Below, piece after piece: positions 46,993 through 56,799 of a DNA stretch of 64,000 nucleotides. Origin of the DNA: Desulfobacterales bacterium. GTDB taxonomy: Bacteria; Desulfobacterota; Desulfobacteria; Desulfobacterales; UBA2245. Made by a program: the position numbers and the translations under genes. The notes below the pieces were generated by a model. The model saw only the letters and a program-made list of their open reading frames with translations, was not told the DNA's origin and made no database searches. The stretch's first letter is position 1, and each line of letters begins with the position of its first letter. The stretch covers positions 62,001-126,000 of the forward strand of contig JAXGZF010000009.1 of the NCBI GenBank assembly GCA_040771865.1, given 5' to 3'.

Positions 46993-49863
46993 TCACCATC
47001 GAACGGGAATGCGCACGGCATTGCCGGACTTATTGGTAAAAAGCAGATACCCGTTTTTCTTTCCGAACAGGAAAAGATCCCGTGTGATCTTGACATCCAT
47101 CCTGCAGTATTCGACAATCTTGTCCAACTTCCCCTGCTTCCACCAGCGAAGCGCGGCCAGTCCGTCTGCGCTTTTCTCGGCGCCCAGGGTCGTTCGAGCA
47201 AGCTGATCCAGAGACAGGCGGTAGCCCAGACGATTTTTAACCTCGGCAAGCATGTCGAGGGTGGACAGGCTTGAAAAGTCGGCCGGCTCATACCCGCGAA
47301 GCACCGCGTAGTCGAACCGGATGATGTTGAAGCCGACGACCAGTTCCAGTGTGTTCAGATGCCGAATCAGTTCGGGAATCCGGTCTTCGTAAAAGGTGAT
47401 GAAATCGTCCAGAACCGAGTCGTACAGCACGGCGCAGCTGACGCCCATCAGGTCCGCGCGATGCCATCCCCCCACCTCCTGGGCCGATCTCTGAGTTTCG
47501 ATATCCAGAACCCCGTAATGCCCGGGAAGCGGAAGCGGCTCATAAGATTCTTCGACAACAGGCGGCCGCGTCAAAATGGCCGGCACCGATGCGTTCCCGA
47601 CGGGTCTGTATTCCTTGATCCCCTTTAAAATGAAGATAGCCGCCTTTTTGTCAATCGGCCGGTTGCCCGACCCGCATTTGGGCGAATGCACGCAGGACGG
47701 GCACCCGGCATCGCAGGAACAGGTCTGAATGGATTTCAGCGTCAGCTCCAGCAGAGCCTCGGCCTGATGACAGGCCTGTCTGGAAAGTCCGGCGCCGCCC
47801 GGAATGCCGTCATAGATAAAGACCGCAGCGCTTTGAACCTGGGAATGCCAGGGAGTTGAAATGCCGCCCAGATCGTTTCGGTCAGCCAGGACCAGGAGGG
47901 GAAATATGCCGATGGCGGCATGCTCAACGGCATGAATGCCGCCCATGAAATGAAGGCAGCCCGCCTCGGCCCGGGCCTGAACCTGCGGCGGAATTCGAAA
48001 CCAGATGCCTTCGGTTTCAAAGATCAGCGGCGGCAGTTCCAGGGGTACGACCTCGATCTTTTTCTGCGGCCGGATTTTCCATCGCTCAAATCCGGTCACC
48101 TGATCGGTCACCTTCAGCCGCCCCAGATACACCCGTGTGCCCCAGGCATTGCGGGCATCCAGCACTTCGAGAATCTCCGTCTGCTTGACCGCCGTCACAC
48201 GGGTGTAATAATCCGCATCGATTCTGGAAACCTGTGCAAGATGATTCTCGATATCCAGATGGTCCACCCGAAAGGCGTCGGTCTTGTGAAGATAAACCGC
48301 ACCGGGATGGGTTTCCCTGAATGCCCGGAATCCGTCGATCTCACCGATGCGCTCTCCGGTATGCCGGGAAATGATTTCAAACCGGGTGCCCGTTCCTCGA
48401 AGGTCCACGTCGCGATGCGGGTTTTTTCGGGCCGGATAAAGGGTCTGTCCATCGGCGCTGCGAAGCAGCTGAGCACGATCCTCCAGAAACTCGACCGCCC
48501 GGATCACCGCGGGGTCGGCCATCAGGGGTTCGTCCTGCCTCAGGGGGCGTTCGGCGGCCGCACAGACCAGATGCTGCCTGAGAATGATCGGGTTTTCGGG
48601 ATTGATCACGGCGGCCTCGGGACTTCTTTGAATCAGATCCCAGGGGTTTCTCAGAAAATACTGGTCCAGTGCGTCTTCTCCGGCAATCAGCGCCAGAGCC
48701 GAATCCTGACCGCTGCGCCCGACCCTTCCGCCGCGCTGCCAGGTCGATACCACGGTTCCCGGATAACCGACCAGAAGGCAGAGGTCCAGATCGCCGATAT
48801 CGATCCCCAGCTCCAGAGCGCTGGTGGAAATAACGGCCAACAGTTGTCCGGATGACAGTTTCTGTTCGATCTGACGGCGTTCTTCGGCCAGATACCCCGA
48901 ACGGTAGGGACTGATCCGTTCCGCCAGGGCCCCGCCGTCTTTTTGGGCCCAGATCGATATGAGCTCGGCCAGTTTTCTGGACTGGGTGTATACAATGGTG
49001 CGCAGTCCACGGACCAGGGCCGCCCTGAGCAGCATAACTGCCGTACGCGCGGGTCCTTCCAGGCCGTCGATAAAAACCACATGACGTCTTCCCCGAGCGG
49101 ACCCGCTTTCCTCAACAGAGACGACATCGAGTCCGGTCAGCTGCCGGGTCAGTTCCTCGGGGTTGGCTACGGTGGCGGAACAGAAAACATAGGCGGGAGA
49201 AGCGCCGTATATCGCGCAGATTCTGTGAAAGCGCCTGAAGATCTGAGCCATGTGAGAACCGGTCACGCCCCGGTAGGTGTGCACCTCGTCCACCACGACG
49301 GTTCGAAGTCCGGAAAGAAAGCCGGCCCATTTTTCATGATGCGCCAGGATGGAAAGGTGGAGCATCTCGGGATTGGACATCAGCACGTTGGGGGGTCTGT
49401 GTCGGATTCGGGACCGGCGCCAGGCGGTGGTATCCCCGTCATAGATGGCCGCCGTCGCACCGATCGACGGGCATCGCCCGGCCATGGCGTTGAATGTCTG
49501 AAGCTGATCCTGGGCCAGGGCCTTGAGCGGAAACAGATACAGGGCCCGGCTTTCCGGGTTTTCATGAATTTTTTCCAGTACGGGAAGGTTGTAGATCAGC
49601 GTTTTTCCGCTGGCCGTCGGGGTGGCCGCCACTACGTTTTTGCCGTTTCGCACCGCATTCACGGCCACGGCCTGATGACGATAAAGCCCTTGAATGCCGA
49701 GGTCTTCCAGAAGGCGAACGATAACCTTCGGCCAGCTTTTTTCCGGTTCCGCCCATCGGGCGTCGACCGCCGGAAGCACCGTATGAAAGGCCACCTGAGG
49801 CCCGAAACGAGCCGAAGCCAGCAGAGACCGGATATATTCATTGATCGGGGAGTCCGGCGTCAC
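46993..49863 (-). CDS. DEAD/DEAH helicase with DUF1998 Zn domain fused to an RNase H-like 3'-5' exonuclease (MrfA-MrfB-like)
   Basis: TPTASGKT, PLKALAQDQ, DEVH, SAT, ALELGIDIG, QRGGRVGR; CSCDAGCPSC; C-terminal LDIETQ...GFNIIRFD...YCRMDV. Confidence 0.88.
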   Translation of the reverse strand: MTPDSPINEYIRSLLASARFGPQVAFHTVLPAVDARWAEPEKSWPKVIVRLLEDLGIQGLYRHQAVAVNAVRNGKNVVAATPTASGKTLIYNLPVLEKIHENPESRALYLFPLKALAQDQLQTFNAMAGRCPSIGATAAIYDGDTTAWRRSRIRHRPPNVLMSNPEMLHLSILAHHEKWAGFLSGLRTVVVDEVHTYRGVTGSHMAQIFRRFHRICAIYGASPAYVFCSATVANPEELTRQLTGLDVVSVEESGSARGRRHVVFIDGLEGPARTAVMLLRAALVRGLRTIVYTQSRKLAELISIWAQKDGGALAERISPYRSGYLAEERRQIEQKLSSGQLLAVISTSALELGIDIGDLDLCLLVGYPGTVVSTWQRGGRVGRSGQDSALALIAGEDALDQYFLRNPWDLIQRSPEAAVINPENPIILRQHLVCAAAERPLRQDEPLMADPAVIRAVEFLEDRAQLLRSADGQTLYPARKNPHRDVDLRGTGTRFEIISRHTGERIGEIDGFRAFRETHPGAVYLHKTDAFRVDHLDIENHLAQVSRIDADYYTRVTAVKQTEILEVLDARNAWGTRVYLGRLKVTDQVTGFERWKIRPQKKIEVVPLELPPLIFETEGIWFRIPPQVQARAEAGCLHFMGGIHAVEHAAIGIFPLLVLADRNDLGGISTPWHSQVQSAAVFIYDGIPGGAGLSRQACHQAEALLELTLKSIQTCSCDAGCPSCVHSPKCGSGNRPIDKKAAIFILKGIKEYRPVGNASVPAILTRPPVVEESYEPLPLPGHYGVLDIETQRSAQEVGGWHRADLMGVSCAVLYDSVLDDFITFYEDRIPELIRHLNTLELVVGFNIIRFDYAVLRGYEPADFSSLSTLDMLAEVKNRLGYRLSLDQLARTTLGAEKSADGLAALRWWKQGKLDKIVEYCRMDVKITRDLFLFGKKNGYLLFTNKSGNAVRIPVRW

Positions 49864-49976
49864 CAGGGTGAAGGGTTCCTATTTGCTTGAAAAAATGAAG
49901 ATCTGTTATATAATTTCATCAGTTCGTCGGTATATCGCATGGGTCCACCCCCAAAGGCAAGAGGAAGTCGTCCATT

Positions 49977-51005
49977 TTGGAAGTTCCGCTATTAGTCGAA
50001 ACAAGCCTGATTCTCATTCTTCTGGTGGTTTCCGGGGTTTTTTCCGGGTCGGAAACCGCCCTGTTTTCCCTGACGCTGCTCAAACGGGAACGCATTCGAA
50101 AACGTTCCGAAACAGCGGCCGAGTTCATCGAATTTCTGCTCTCCCGGCCCAACCGCCTGATTACCACGATTCTGATCGGAAACGATCTGGTCAACATCGC
50201 CGCCTCGGTGCTGTCGGCATCCTTGTTTGTCTCCCTTTACGGCGATTCTGGCCGATGGATCGCCATCGCCGTCATGACGCCGCTGACCCTGATTTTTGCA
50301 GAAGTGATCCCCAAAACGCTGTTCATGGCCCACAATGAGCGCGTCGCACCCGTAGTGGCCGGTCCGCTGACGGTGTTTCAGAAGCTCATCGCTCCGGTGC
50401 GATGGGCCTTTGAAAAAATTTCAAACGCCCTGATCTCACGCGCCGGCCTGAAGCGTTCGGATCGTTCAACCGCCCTGATGGAAGATGATTTTCTGGACAT
50501 GGTGGATCACAGCCACCTCAAGGGGCAGCTCAGGGCCAGCGAAAAAGAGCTGATTCACAATGTTTTCGAATTCAGCGACGTGCGCGTGGTCGACGTCATG
50601 ACGCCGTTTGACCGGATGGTTGCACTGTCCGAAGACGTCAAGGCTCAGGAAATTCTCAGCCGGGTCAACGAAACCCGTCACGCCAGAATTCCGGTTTACA
50701 GCAAGGACCGCCGCCATATTGTCGGCATCCTCTATGTCAAGGACCTGCTCAAGGTGGATTTCAGACGCACCAACCCTCAGGCCAGAATTCTTCCCCAGTT
50801 GATCCGCCGGCCCTATTTCATTCCGGAAACCAAAAAGGCGGATGAACTTTTTAACATTCTCAAACAGAAACGGATTCACATGGCCATCTGCCTTAACGAC
50901 CGGCAGGAGGTATCGGGTCTGGTGACGATGGAAGATCTGCTCGAAGAACTTTTCGGGGAAATTTACGACGAATACGACGAGGTTCCGGATGAACACACTT
51001 CTTAA
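49977..51005 (+). CDS. CNNM/DUF21-CBS hemolysin-family (CorB/TlyC-like) protein 1
   Basis: FSGSETALFSL, TILIGN, IFAEVIPK, CBS pair, TMEDLLEELFGEI; no CorC domain. Confidence 0.9.
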   Translation: MEVPLLVETSLILILLVVSGVFSGSETALFSLTLLKRERIRKRSETAAEFIEFLLSRPNRLITTILIGNDLVNIAASVLSASLFVSLYGDSGRWIAIAVMTPLTLIFAEVIPKTLFMAHNERVAPVVAGPLTVFQKLIAPVRWAFEKISNALISRAGLKRSDRSTALMEDDFLDMVDHSHLKGQLRASEKELIHNVFEFSDVRVVDVMTPFDRMVALSEDVKAQEILSRVNETRHARIPVYSKDRRHIVGILYVKDLLKVDFRRTNPQARILPQLIRRPYFIPETKKADELFNILKQKRIHMAICLNDRQEVSGLVTMEDLLEELFGEIYDEYDEVPDEHTS

Positions 51006-52242
51006 CATTCTGGTGATCATCGGCTGTGTCGTCTTTCAGGCGTTCTTTTCGGGCTCTGAAATGGCTATTCTGGCCGCGGACAAACTGCGGCTGCGAAGAA
51101 AAGCCAAGGAGGGGTCGGCCGGCGCCGTGCTTTTTCTCAGATTTTTGAAAAATCCTCGATGGTTTCTGGCCACCACCACAACTGGCACCAACATGGCCGT
51201 GATTATCGCCTCGGTAACGGCGGCCCTGTGGTTTGAAACCCGATTCGGAAATTACGGCGAGGCCATGACCGTTTTATTTCTCTCCCCGGTTCTGCTGATG
51301 CTCGGAGAGATCATTCCCCGCACTATTTTTCAGCATCATGCAACGGACATCGCTCCCCGCCTGGCCTATCCGCTGCTCTTCGCCTCCCGGGCCATTTCCC
51401 CGGTCACTTTAATGATCGTATCCGTCAGCCGGCTCTTCAGCCGGCGATCGTCCATGGATGCGATGGAGCACTTTCCCCTGGCCAGCCGGGAAGAACTGGC
51501 CATGATCCTGGACCGGTCCGGCCGGGGCAGCGATCTGCAGCAAAAGGAGAAAATCCTCATTCGCCAGGTGTTTCACCTGGCCAAGGCCAGCGTGGAAGAC
51601 GTCATGATCCCCCTGGTCAACGTGACCGCGCTTTCCGACGAAACGATCGTGTCCGAAGCGGTCAAGTATGCAGCCAGAACCGGATTTTCACGGCTTCCTG
51701 TCTACAACGAACGCATCGACAACATCATCGGCATCATCCATGCCTTTGATCTGATCAACGCCCCGGACCCGCAGGCGCCGGTGCGCACGCTGGTGCGCGA
51801 CGTTCCATTTGTTCCGGAAATCAACAGCGCCCAGGACCTTCTGATTTTTCTGCAGAAGACCCGCAACTCCTTTGCCGTGGTGGTGGATGAATACGGAGGC
51901 GCTGTAGGAATCATCACCATGGAAGATCTGCTCGAGGAAGTGGTGGGCGAGATCCGGGACGAGTACGACTTCGAAGACATGCCCATAGCCAGACTGGACA
52001 ACAACCGGTTTCGCGTCAGCGCCCGCCTCGACCTTCAGGAGGTCAACGAACGGCTCAAGATTCAGCTCCCCGAAGGCGACTACGAAACCATCGCCGGTTT
52101 TATGCTCAAGCATATGAAAAAGGTGCCCAAGACCGGCGAGAGCATGAACTACGGGGAAATTCAACTGACGGTCAGCCAGGCCAGCCGTCGGGGAATTCGG
52201 GAAATCATCATACAGATGCCCCGGGCCGATGCGGTTCATTGA
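50989..52242 (+). CDS. CNNM/DUF21-CBS-CorC hemolysin-family protein 2
   Basis: FFSGSEMA, GEIIPR, FSRLPVY, VVDEYGG..GIITMEDLLEEVVGEI, ETIAGF CorC domain. Confidence 0.9.
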   Translation: MNTLLNILVIIGCVVFQAFFSGSEMAILAADKLRLRRKAKEGSAGAVLFLRFLKNPRWFLATTTTGTNMAVIIASVTAALWFETRFGNYGEAMTVLFLSPVLLMLGEIIPRTIFQHHATDIAPRLAYPLLFASRAISPVTLMIVSVSRLFSRRSSMDAMEHFPLASREELAMILDRSGRGSDLQQKEKILIRQVFHLAKASVEDVMIPLVNVTALSDETIVSEAVKYAARTGFSRLPVYNERIDNIIGIIHAFDLINAPDPQAPVRTLVRDVPFVPEINSAQDLLIFLQKTRNSFAVVVDEYGGAVGIITMEDLLEEVVGEIRDEYDFEDMPIARLDNNRFRVSARLDLQEVNERLKIQLPEGDYETIAGFMLKHMKKVPKTGESMNYGEIQLTVSQASRRGIREIIIQMPRADAVH

Positions 52243-52299
52243 GGCGCGCCGGAATTTTTTCGGAACCACACAGGGCGGACTCGCGGCAAAACCGGAATC

Positions 52300-54168
52300 T
52301 CAGGGATTTTGTTCCAGAACCGGTTTCTCTTTCACCGCCTCATTGAACGGCAGGGTAATGGTAAAGACCGATCCCCGGCCGGGAGCGCTGTTCGCCTGAA
52401 TGCTTCCACCGTGGCGCTCGACAATTTTACGGCAGACCGCGAGGCCGATGCCGGTTCCCTCGTAAACGCCGCGTCCGTGAAGGCGCTGAAAAACCCCAAA
52501 AATGCGCTCGGCATAAGCTTCATCAAAACCGATGCCGTTGTCTTCCACAAAAATCCGGCAGAACGAGCCGTCTTTTTTGCGGCTGTCTTTGAAAATTTCC
52601 GACCGTATTTTGACCATTGGCGCCACGCCTTCCCGGTTAAACTTAAGGGCGTTACCGATCAGGTTATGAAACAGCTGGCGCAGCTGCGTCGAATCGCCTT
52701 CAACCACCGGCAGATCCCCGACCTCCACCTTGCCCCGGGTCTGCTCGATGCGAAAATCCATGTCCAGCAGAACCTCCCGCACCACCCTTTTCAGATTCAC
52801 CGGCGTAAAGGAGCTTGCACGGGTCGTGACCCGGGAAAAGGTCAACAAGTCGTTGATCAGAACCTGCATCCGCTTGGCCGCATTCTGCATGCGCTTGAGA
52901 TAGTCGCGGCCCTGATCGCTGATCTCATCGGCGCATTTGGCGTTCAGGCGTTCGCCGAAAGCCTGGATTTTTCTCAACGGCTCCTGAAGGTCGTGGGAAG
53001 CCACATAGGCAAACTGCTCCAGCTCGGAATTGGATCTCGCCAGCTCAAGAGTCTGCCGGGCCAGCGCTCCCTCCGCCCGCTTGCGTTCGGTAATGTCGGT
53101 CATAACCGAAAAACTTCCGGCAAAATCGCCATTCTCATCGACAATGACCCGGGGAGACATGATGGTGGTGACCTTCTGACCGTCCTTTGTCGTCCAGGTA
53201 ATCTCGTAGGGCGCATAGATTCCCTGTTTACGTTTTTCCATTTCTTCTTCAAAAACGGCCCGATTGGCTTCATCCAGAAATTCTTCCATGCGGCGGTTGA
53301 GAATTCCGTCCCTGGATGCGCCCCATATCCGGCAGAGCTGTTCATTGACAAAAGAGATTCGGCCGTTTTTGTCCCGAACGATCAGCCCGTCGCTCATCGT
53401 ATCGATCAGCATCCGGTACCGTTCCTCGCTTTTGCGGATCTTCTCCTCGGACAGCCGGTGCTCCGTCATGTCGCGAACCGACTCAATGGCGCCGATGAGA
53501 TTTCCCGATTTGTCATAGATCGGGCCGGCCTTTCCCCAAAGATAGATGGTTTTCCCCCCTGGAATCTGAATTTTGGCCTCAGCGATCAGCGCCTCTTCCT
53601 CTCTTCTCACAAAGGCGTATTTCTCTTTGATTTCCTCATCGGATTCAAAAACCAGATCGATCACCATGGGCCTTCGGACACTGTAAAACGGAAGGGCATA
53701 TTCATAATCGCCCCTTCCCAGCATGTTCGACGCCTTGACCCCCGTAATTTCCTCCATGGCCCGGTTCCAGGCAATGACTTTGCCCTGAACATCGATGGCA
53801 AAGGTGGCATCCGGAAGGAAATTAATGATCTCGGACAATCTTTGCTCCGATTCCAGAAGGGCGTTTTCCGCGCGTTTCTGAGCCCTGGCGCTGAGAATCA
53901 GCTGTGAAACGGAAAAAAAACCAACCAGCACTATCAAAACCGTTTCAAGAATCGCCTCCTGCCAGTTGATCAGGCTTTGCCGCGCGCCGAGCAGCCAATG
54001 GGGTATATCGAAAATTTCGTGCACCCAGATAAGGATGCACAGCAGAAGAAACGCTCCCGCTGTCGGCAGCCATATTCCGCTGGTTCTGACCGGTTTGTGC
54101 ACCGGTTGCGAGGGGGCCGCCGACCCAATATCCACAACTGCATGTCTGATCTGATCCGAATCTTTCAA
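52300..54168 (-). CDS. PAS sensor histidine kinase with bacteriophytochrome-type HisKA
   Basis: Two TM helices, two PAS domains, ELEQFAYVASHDLQEPLR, NLIGNALKF, DNGIG, GTGIGL. Confidence 0.92.
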   Translation of the reverse strand: MKDSDQIRHAVVDIGSAAPSQPVHKPVRTSGIWLPTAGAFLLLCILIWVHEIFDIPHWLLGARQSLINWQEAILETVLIVLVGFFSVSQLILSARAQKRAENALLESEQRLSEIINFLPDATFAIDVQGKVIAWNRAMEEITGVKASNMLGRGDYEYALPFYSVRRPMVIDLVFESDEEIKEKYAFVRREEEALIAEAKIQIPGGKTIYLWGKAGPIYDKSGNLIGAIESVRDMTEHRLSEEKIRKSEERYRMLIDTMSDGLIVRDKNGRISFVNEQLCRIWGASRDGILNRRMEEFLDEANRAVFEEEMEKRKQGIYAPYEITWTTKDGQKVTTIMSPRVIVDENGDFAGSFSVMTDITERKRAEGALARQTLELARSNSELEQFAYVASHDLQEPLRKIQAFGERLNAKCADEISDQGRDYLKRMQNAAKRMQVLINDLLTFSRVTTRASSFTPVNLKRVVREVLLDMDFRIEQTRGKVEVGDLPVVEGDSTQLRQLFHNLIGNALKFNREGVAPMVKIRSEIFKDSRKKDGSFCRIFVEDNGIGFDEAYAERIFGVFQRLHGRGVYEGTGIGLAVCRKIVERHGGSIQANSAPGRGSVFTITLPFNEAVKEKPVLEQNP

Positions 54169-54525
54169 AACAACCGCCTGATAATATGGAAATATTTACA
54201 ACCGATGAATCGTGACGCAACACGTCGCATTTCAAAAGATATTACGCTATAGACATCGATGCCAAAAATCAAGCAAACAACGCCGCAATTTTGAAAATAC
54301 CCGCTAAACGGCGCTTGAAACACTCGAAATGGCTGTAACCCGGCCGAAATTTGAAATGATTCGAAAAACGCAGGCGTCCGATTCGCCGGTTCAATTTTTT
54401 CCTTGCGTTTATTCTGATTTTTATCGATATTTTCTCTTAACATTTCTGCACAGGATCACCCGTTTCAGGGTTCGTTGCGCCCGTGCCATGGTGTTTGAAT
54501 TGAGCAAGAACACTACAGGAGAAAA

Positions 54526-54879
54526 TTGATGAAGAAAAACTCAAATAGGCTTCATTCTGGAATGTGCATCCTTCTGGCGCTGTTTTGCGCCGCCGCGCAG
54601 ACCGCTTTTTCCAGCACTGATGCAAGGGCCGAGGTGGTAAGCATCGAAGGCGTGAGTTACAACGTGAACTCCTCCATCGCCGCCAACTTGAAGACTCTGA
54701 CCGGAAAAAAAGTGTACATCACGCTCACCTCGGGCAACACCTTTTCCGGAAGCGTCAAGGAGGTCGGAAGCCACCTGATTCACCTTGAAAAGCTGGAGGG
54801 TAAGGATTTTTTCGACGCTCTGATTCGAATCGATGCCATCAGCGCGATCGATACCCGGTTTCGGGACTACCAGCGCTGA
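54526..54879 (+). CDS. Secreted hypothetical protein with a possible Sm/LSm-like fold
   Basis: AGGAG RBS; signal peptide ending ARA-E; GKKVYITLTSGNTFSGSVKEVG...LIRIDAISAI. Start may be ATG 54529. Confidence 0.65.
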   Translation: MMKKNSNRLHSGMCILLALFCAAAQTAFSSTDARAEVVSIEGVSYNVNSSIAANLKTLTGKKVYITLTSGNTFSGSVKEVGSHLIHLEKLEGKDFFDALIRIDAISAIDTRFRDYQR

Positions 54880-54954
54880 CCGGATTTCCAAATTGAAATC
54901 CGCGGTCTGATCGGCACAGACCATCAAGCAGATTGGGATCCGGCCTGCCGATGA

Positions 54955-55836
54955 ATGACATTCAGAACATGGAATTCACTTATGAGACGATCGCCATCCG
55001 CAGCGGACGCGTACCGGACAAGGCCTGAAAGGGTTGCTTTTTCTGCGCGGATCTTCCCTTCGCTGACCTTTTACCTTCAATTTCTGGCCGTCGTATTGAA
55101 AGCGGGTTTCAGGGCAAAACACGGCCGATACGATGACGAACAGTGGGTTCGAAGCAGTTTGGCGATCCTCAAAGCCCTGGAAGGCATCGGCATCCACTTC
55201 CAGATGACGGGCATGGATCATATTCGGAACCTGCGAGAACCGTGCGTTCTGATCTCCAATCACATGAGCATTCTTGAAACCGTCATACTTCCCTGCGTCG
55301 TTCAGCCGGTGAAGAAGACGACCTTTATCGTCAAGGAAAGCCTGCTTGATTACCCCGTGTTCGGCCACGTCATGCGTTCCCGTGATCCGATCGCCGTCGG
55401 GCGCAAAAATCCCCGGCTGGATCTGAAAACCGTTCTGGAAGGGGGAACCGAACGGCTGAATAAGGGAATCTCCATTATCGCCTTTCCCCAGACCACCCGG
55501 ACCTTTTCGTTTGATCCGGCCCAGTTCAACACCATCGGCGTCAAGCTGGCCCGAAAGGCCGGTGTGCCGGTCGTTCCGGTCGCCCTGCTGACCGACGCCT
55601 GGCAAAATGGAAAACATCTCAAGGACTTCGGAAAAATCGACACATCCAGAACCGTTCATTTTGCCTTTGGAGAACCGATTCGGATTCGGGGAAGGGGAGA
55701 TGCCGAACACAGGGCGATCATCGGCTTCATCATCGAAAATCTGAATAAATGGAAATCCGAAAGGCACGAAAATCAATATGATCCGGCAGAAATTCGACAG
55801 TTCCCGGGCATTTCAAATCCAAGGAGGAATTCATGA
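54955..55836 (+). CDS. Lysophospholipid acyltransferase (PlsC family)
   Basis: SNHMSILE (NHxSxxD variant), FIVKESL, FPQTTR (FPEGTR variant), VPVVPVA. Confidence 0.85.
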   Translation: MTFRTWNSLMRRSPSAADAYRTRPERVAFSARIFPSLTFYLQFLAVVLKAGFRAKHGRYDDEQWVRSSLAILKALEGIGIHFQMTGMDHIRNLREPCVLISNHMSILETVILPCVVQPVKKTTFIVKESLLDYPVFGHVMRSRDPIAVGRKNPRLDLKTVLEGGTERLNKGISIIAFPQTTRTFSFDPAQFNTIGVKLARKAGVPVVPVALLTDAWQNGKHLKDFGKIDTSRTVHFAFGEPIRIRGRGDAEHRAIIGFIIENLNKWKSERHENQYDPAEIRQFPGISNPRRNS

Positions 55837-56570
55837 CAAAGGCATGCATTCTGGGCATACTGTTTGTTATCGGTTGCGCTTTTCCCGCGGGCTCACAGGA
55901 GACCTTTGAAAAAGATCCGGTTGAAATGTCGGCCGGAAAGCTCGAAATCACCTTTATCGGACACGGCACCCTGATCCTGGCCTTCGACGGAAAGATCATC
56001 CACGTGGATCCGTACGGTCATCTGGCCGATTACTCGAAACTTCCGAAGGCCGATATCGTCCTGATCACCCATGAACATGGAGACCATCTGGATCCGGCCG
56101 CACTGGCGCAGGTACGCACGGAAAAAACCCGGCTGGTGTACACTGAAAAGTGCGCGGCACAGGTTCAGGGCGGCACAATCATGAAAAACGGGGATGTGCA
56201 AACAATCGAAGGAATTCTGATCGAAGCGGTTCCGGCCTACAATCGGGTGCACCGGCGGGACAACGGACAGCCGTATCATCCTCAAGGAGATGGAAACGGG
56301 TATGTGCTGACCTTCGGCGACAAGAGAATCTATATTGCCGGAGACACGGAAAACATCCCGGAAATGAAGGCCCTGACCGGCATCGATTTCGCTTTTCTGC
56401 CCATGAACCTGCCCTATACCATGACGCCGGAGATGGCGGCCGATGCGGCAAGAGCGTTCAGGCCCAAAGTGCTCTACCCGTATCACTACGGGGAAACGGA
56501 CGTTTACCGGATTATGGAACTGCTCAAGGACAGCCCGAATATCGAGGTCCGCATCCACCGCATGAAGTGA
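55833..56570 (+). CDS. Secreted MBL-fold metallo-hydrolase
   Basis: Signal peptide; ITHEHGDHLD; AVPAYN; IAGDTE; PYHY; AGGAGG RBS. Confidence 0.88.
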   Translation: MTKACILGILFVIGCAFPAGSQETFEKDPVEMSAGKLEITFIGHGTLILAFDGKIIHVDPYGHLADYSKLPKADIVLITHEHGDHLDPAALAQVRTEKTRLVYTEKCAAQVQGGTIMKNGDVQTIEGILIEAVPAYNRVHRRDNGQPYHPQGDGNGYVLTFGDKRIYIAGDTENIPEMKALTGIDFAFLPMNLPYTMTPEMAADAARAFRPKVLYPYHYGETDVYRIMELLKDSPNIEVRIHRMK

Positions 56571-56602
56571 TTGACGTGCATTTTCTCAAAGCCGGAATCT
56601 AT

Positions 56603-56746
56603 CAGGCTGTTGGAAAACAAGAATCAGGCCGTCAGACAAGGCGCACGGCGATGCGACAAGCGCAGCATATTTCAAGCATATGTGAGCATTGGCGGAAGCC
56701 GCGTAACGCTGAATGGCGGCCTCAGGCCCGGTTATTCAACAGCCTG
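56603..56746 (-). mobile_element. MITE copy 3 (144 bp, inverted, more diverged)
   Basis: Reverse complement of copies 1 and 2; ends CAGGCTGTTGGAAAA...TTATTCAACAGCCTG; flanks CTAT and ATAG. Confidence 0.82.
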
Positions 56747-56799
56747 ATAGGGAGGATTGTCGGCGGCGTTCAGGACCTATCGTTCAATAAAATGAGAAT

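Noticed and set aside
46993..49863. DUF1998 helicase as a DISARM/Druantia component
   Set aside because: No methylase, DrmA, PLD or other defence genes are adjacent; the architecture fits MrfA/Hrq1-type repair helicases.
24598..56746. Repeats as a CRISPR array
   Set aside because: The copies are 143-144 bp, dispersed and bounded by TIRs; there is no repeat-spacer periodicity and no cas gene.
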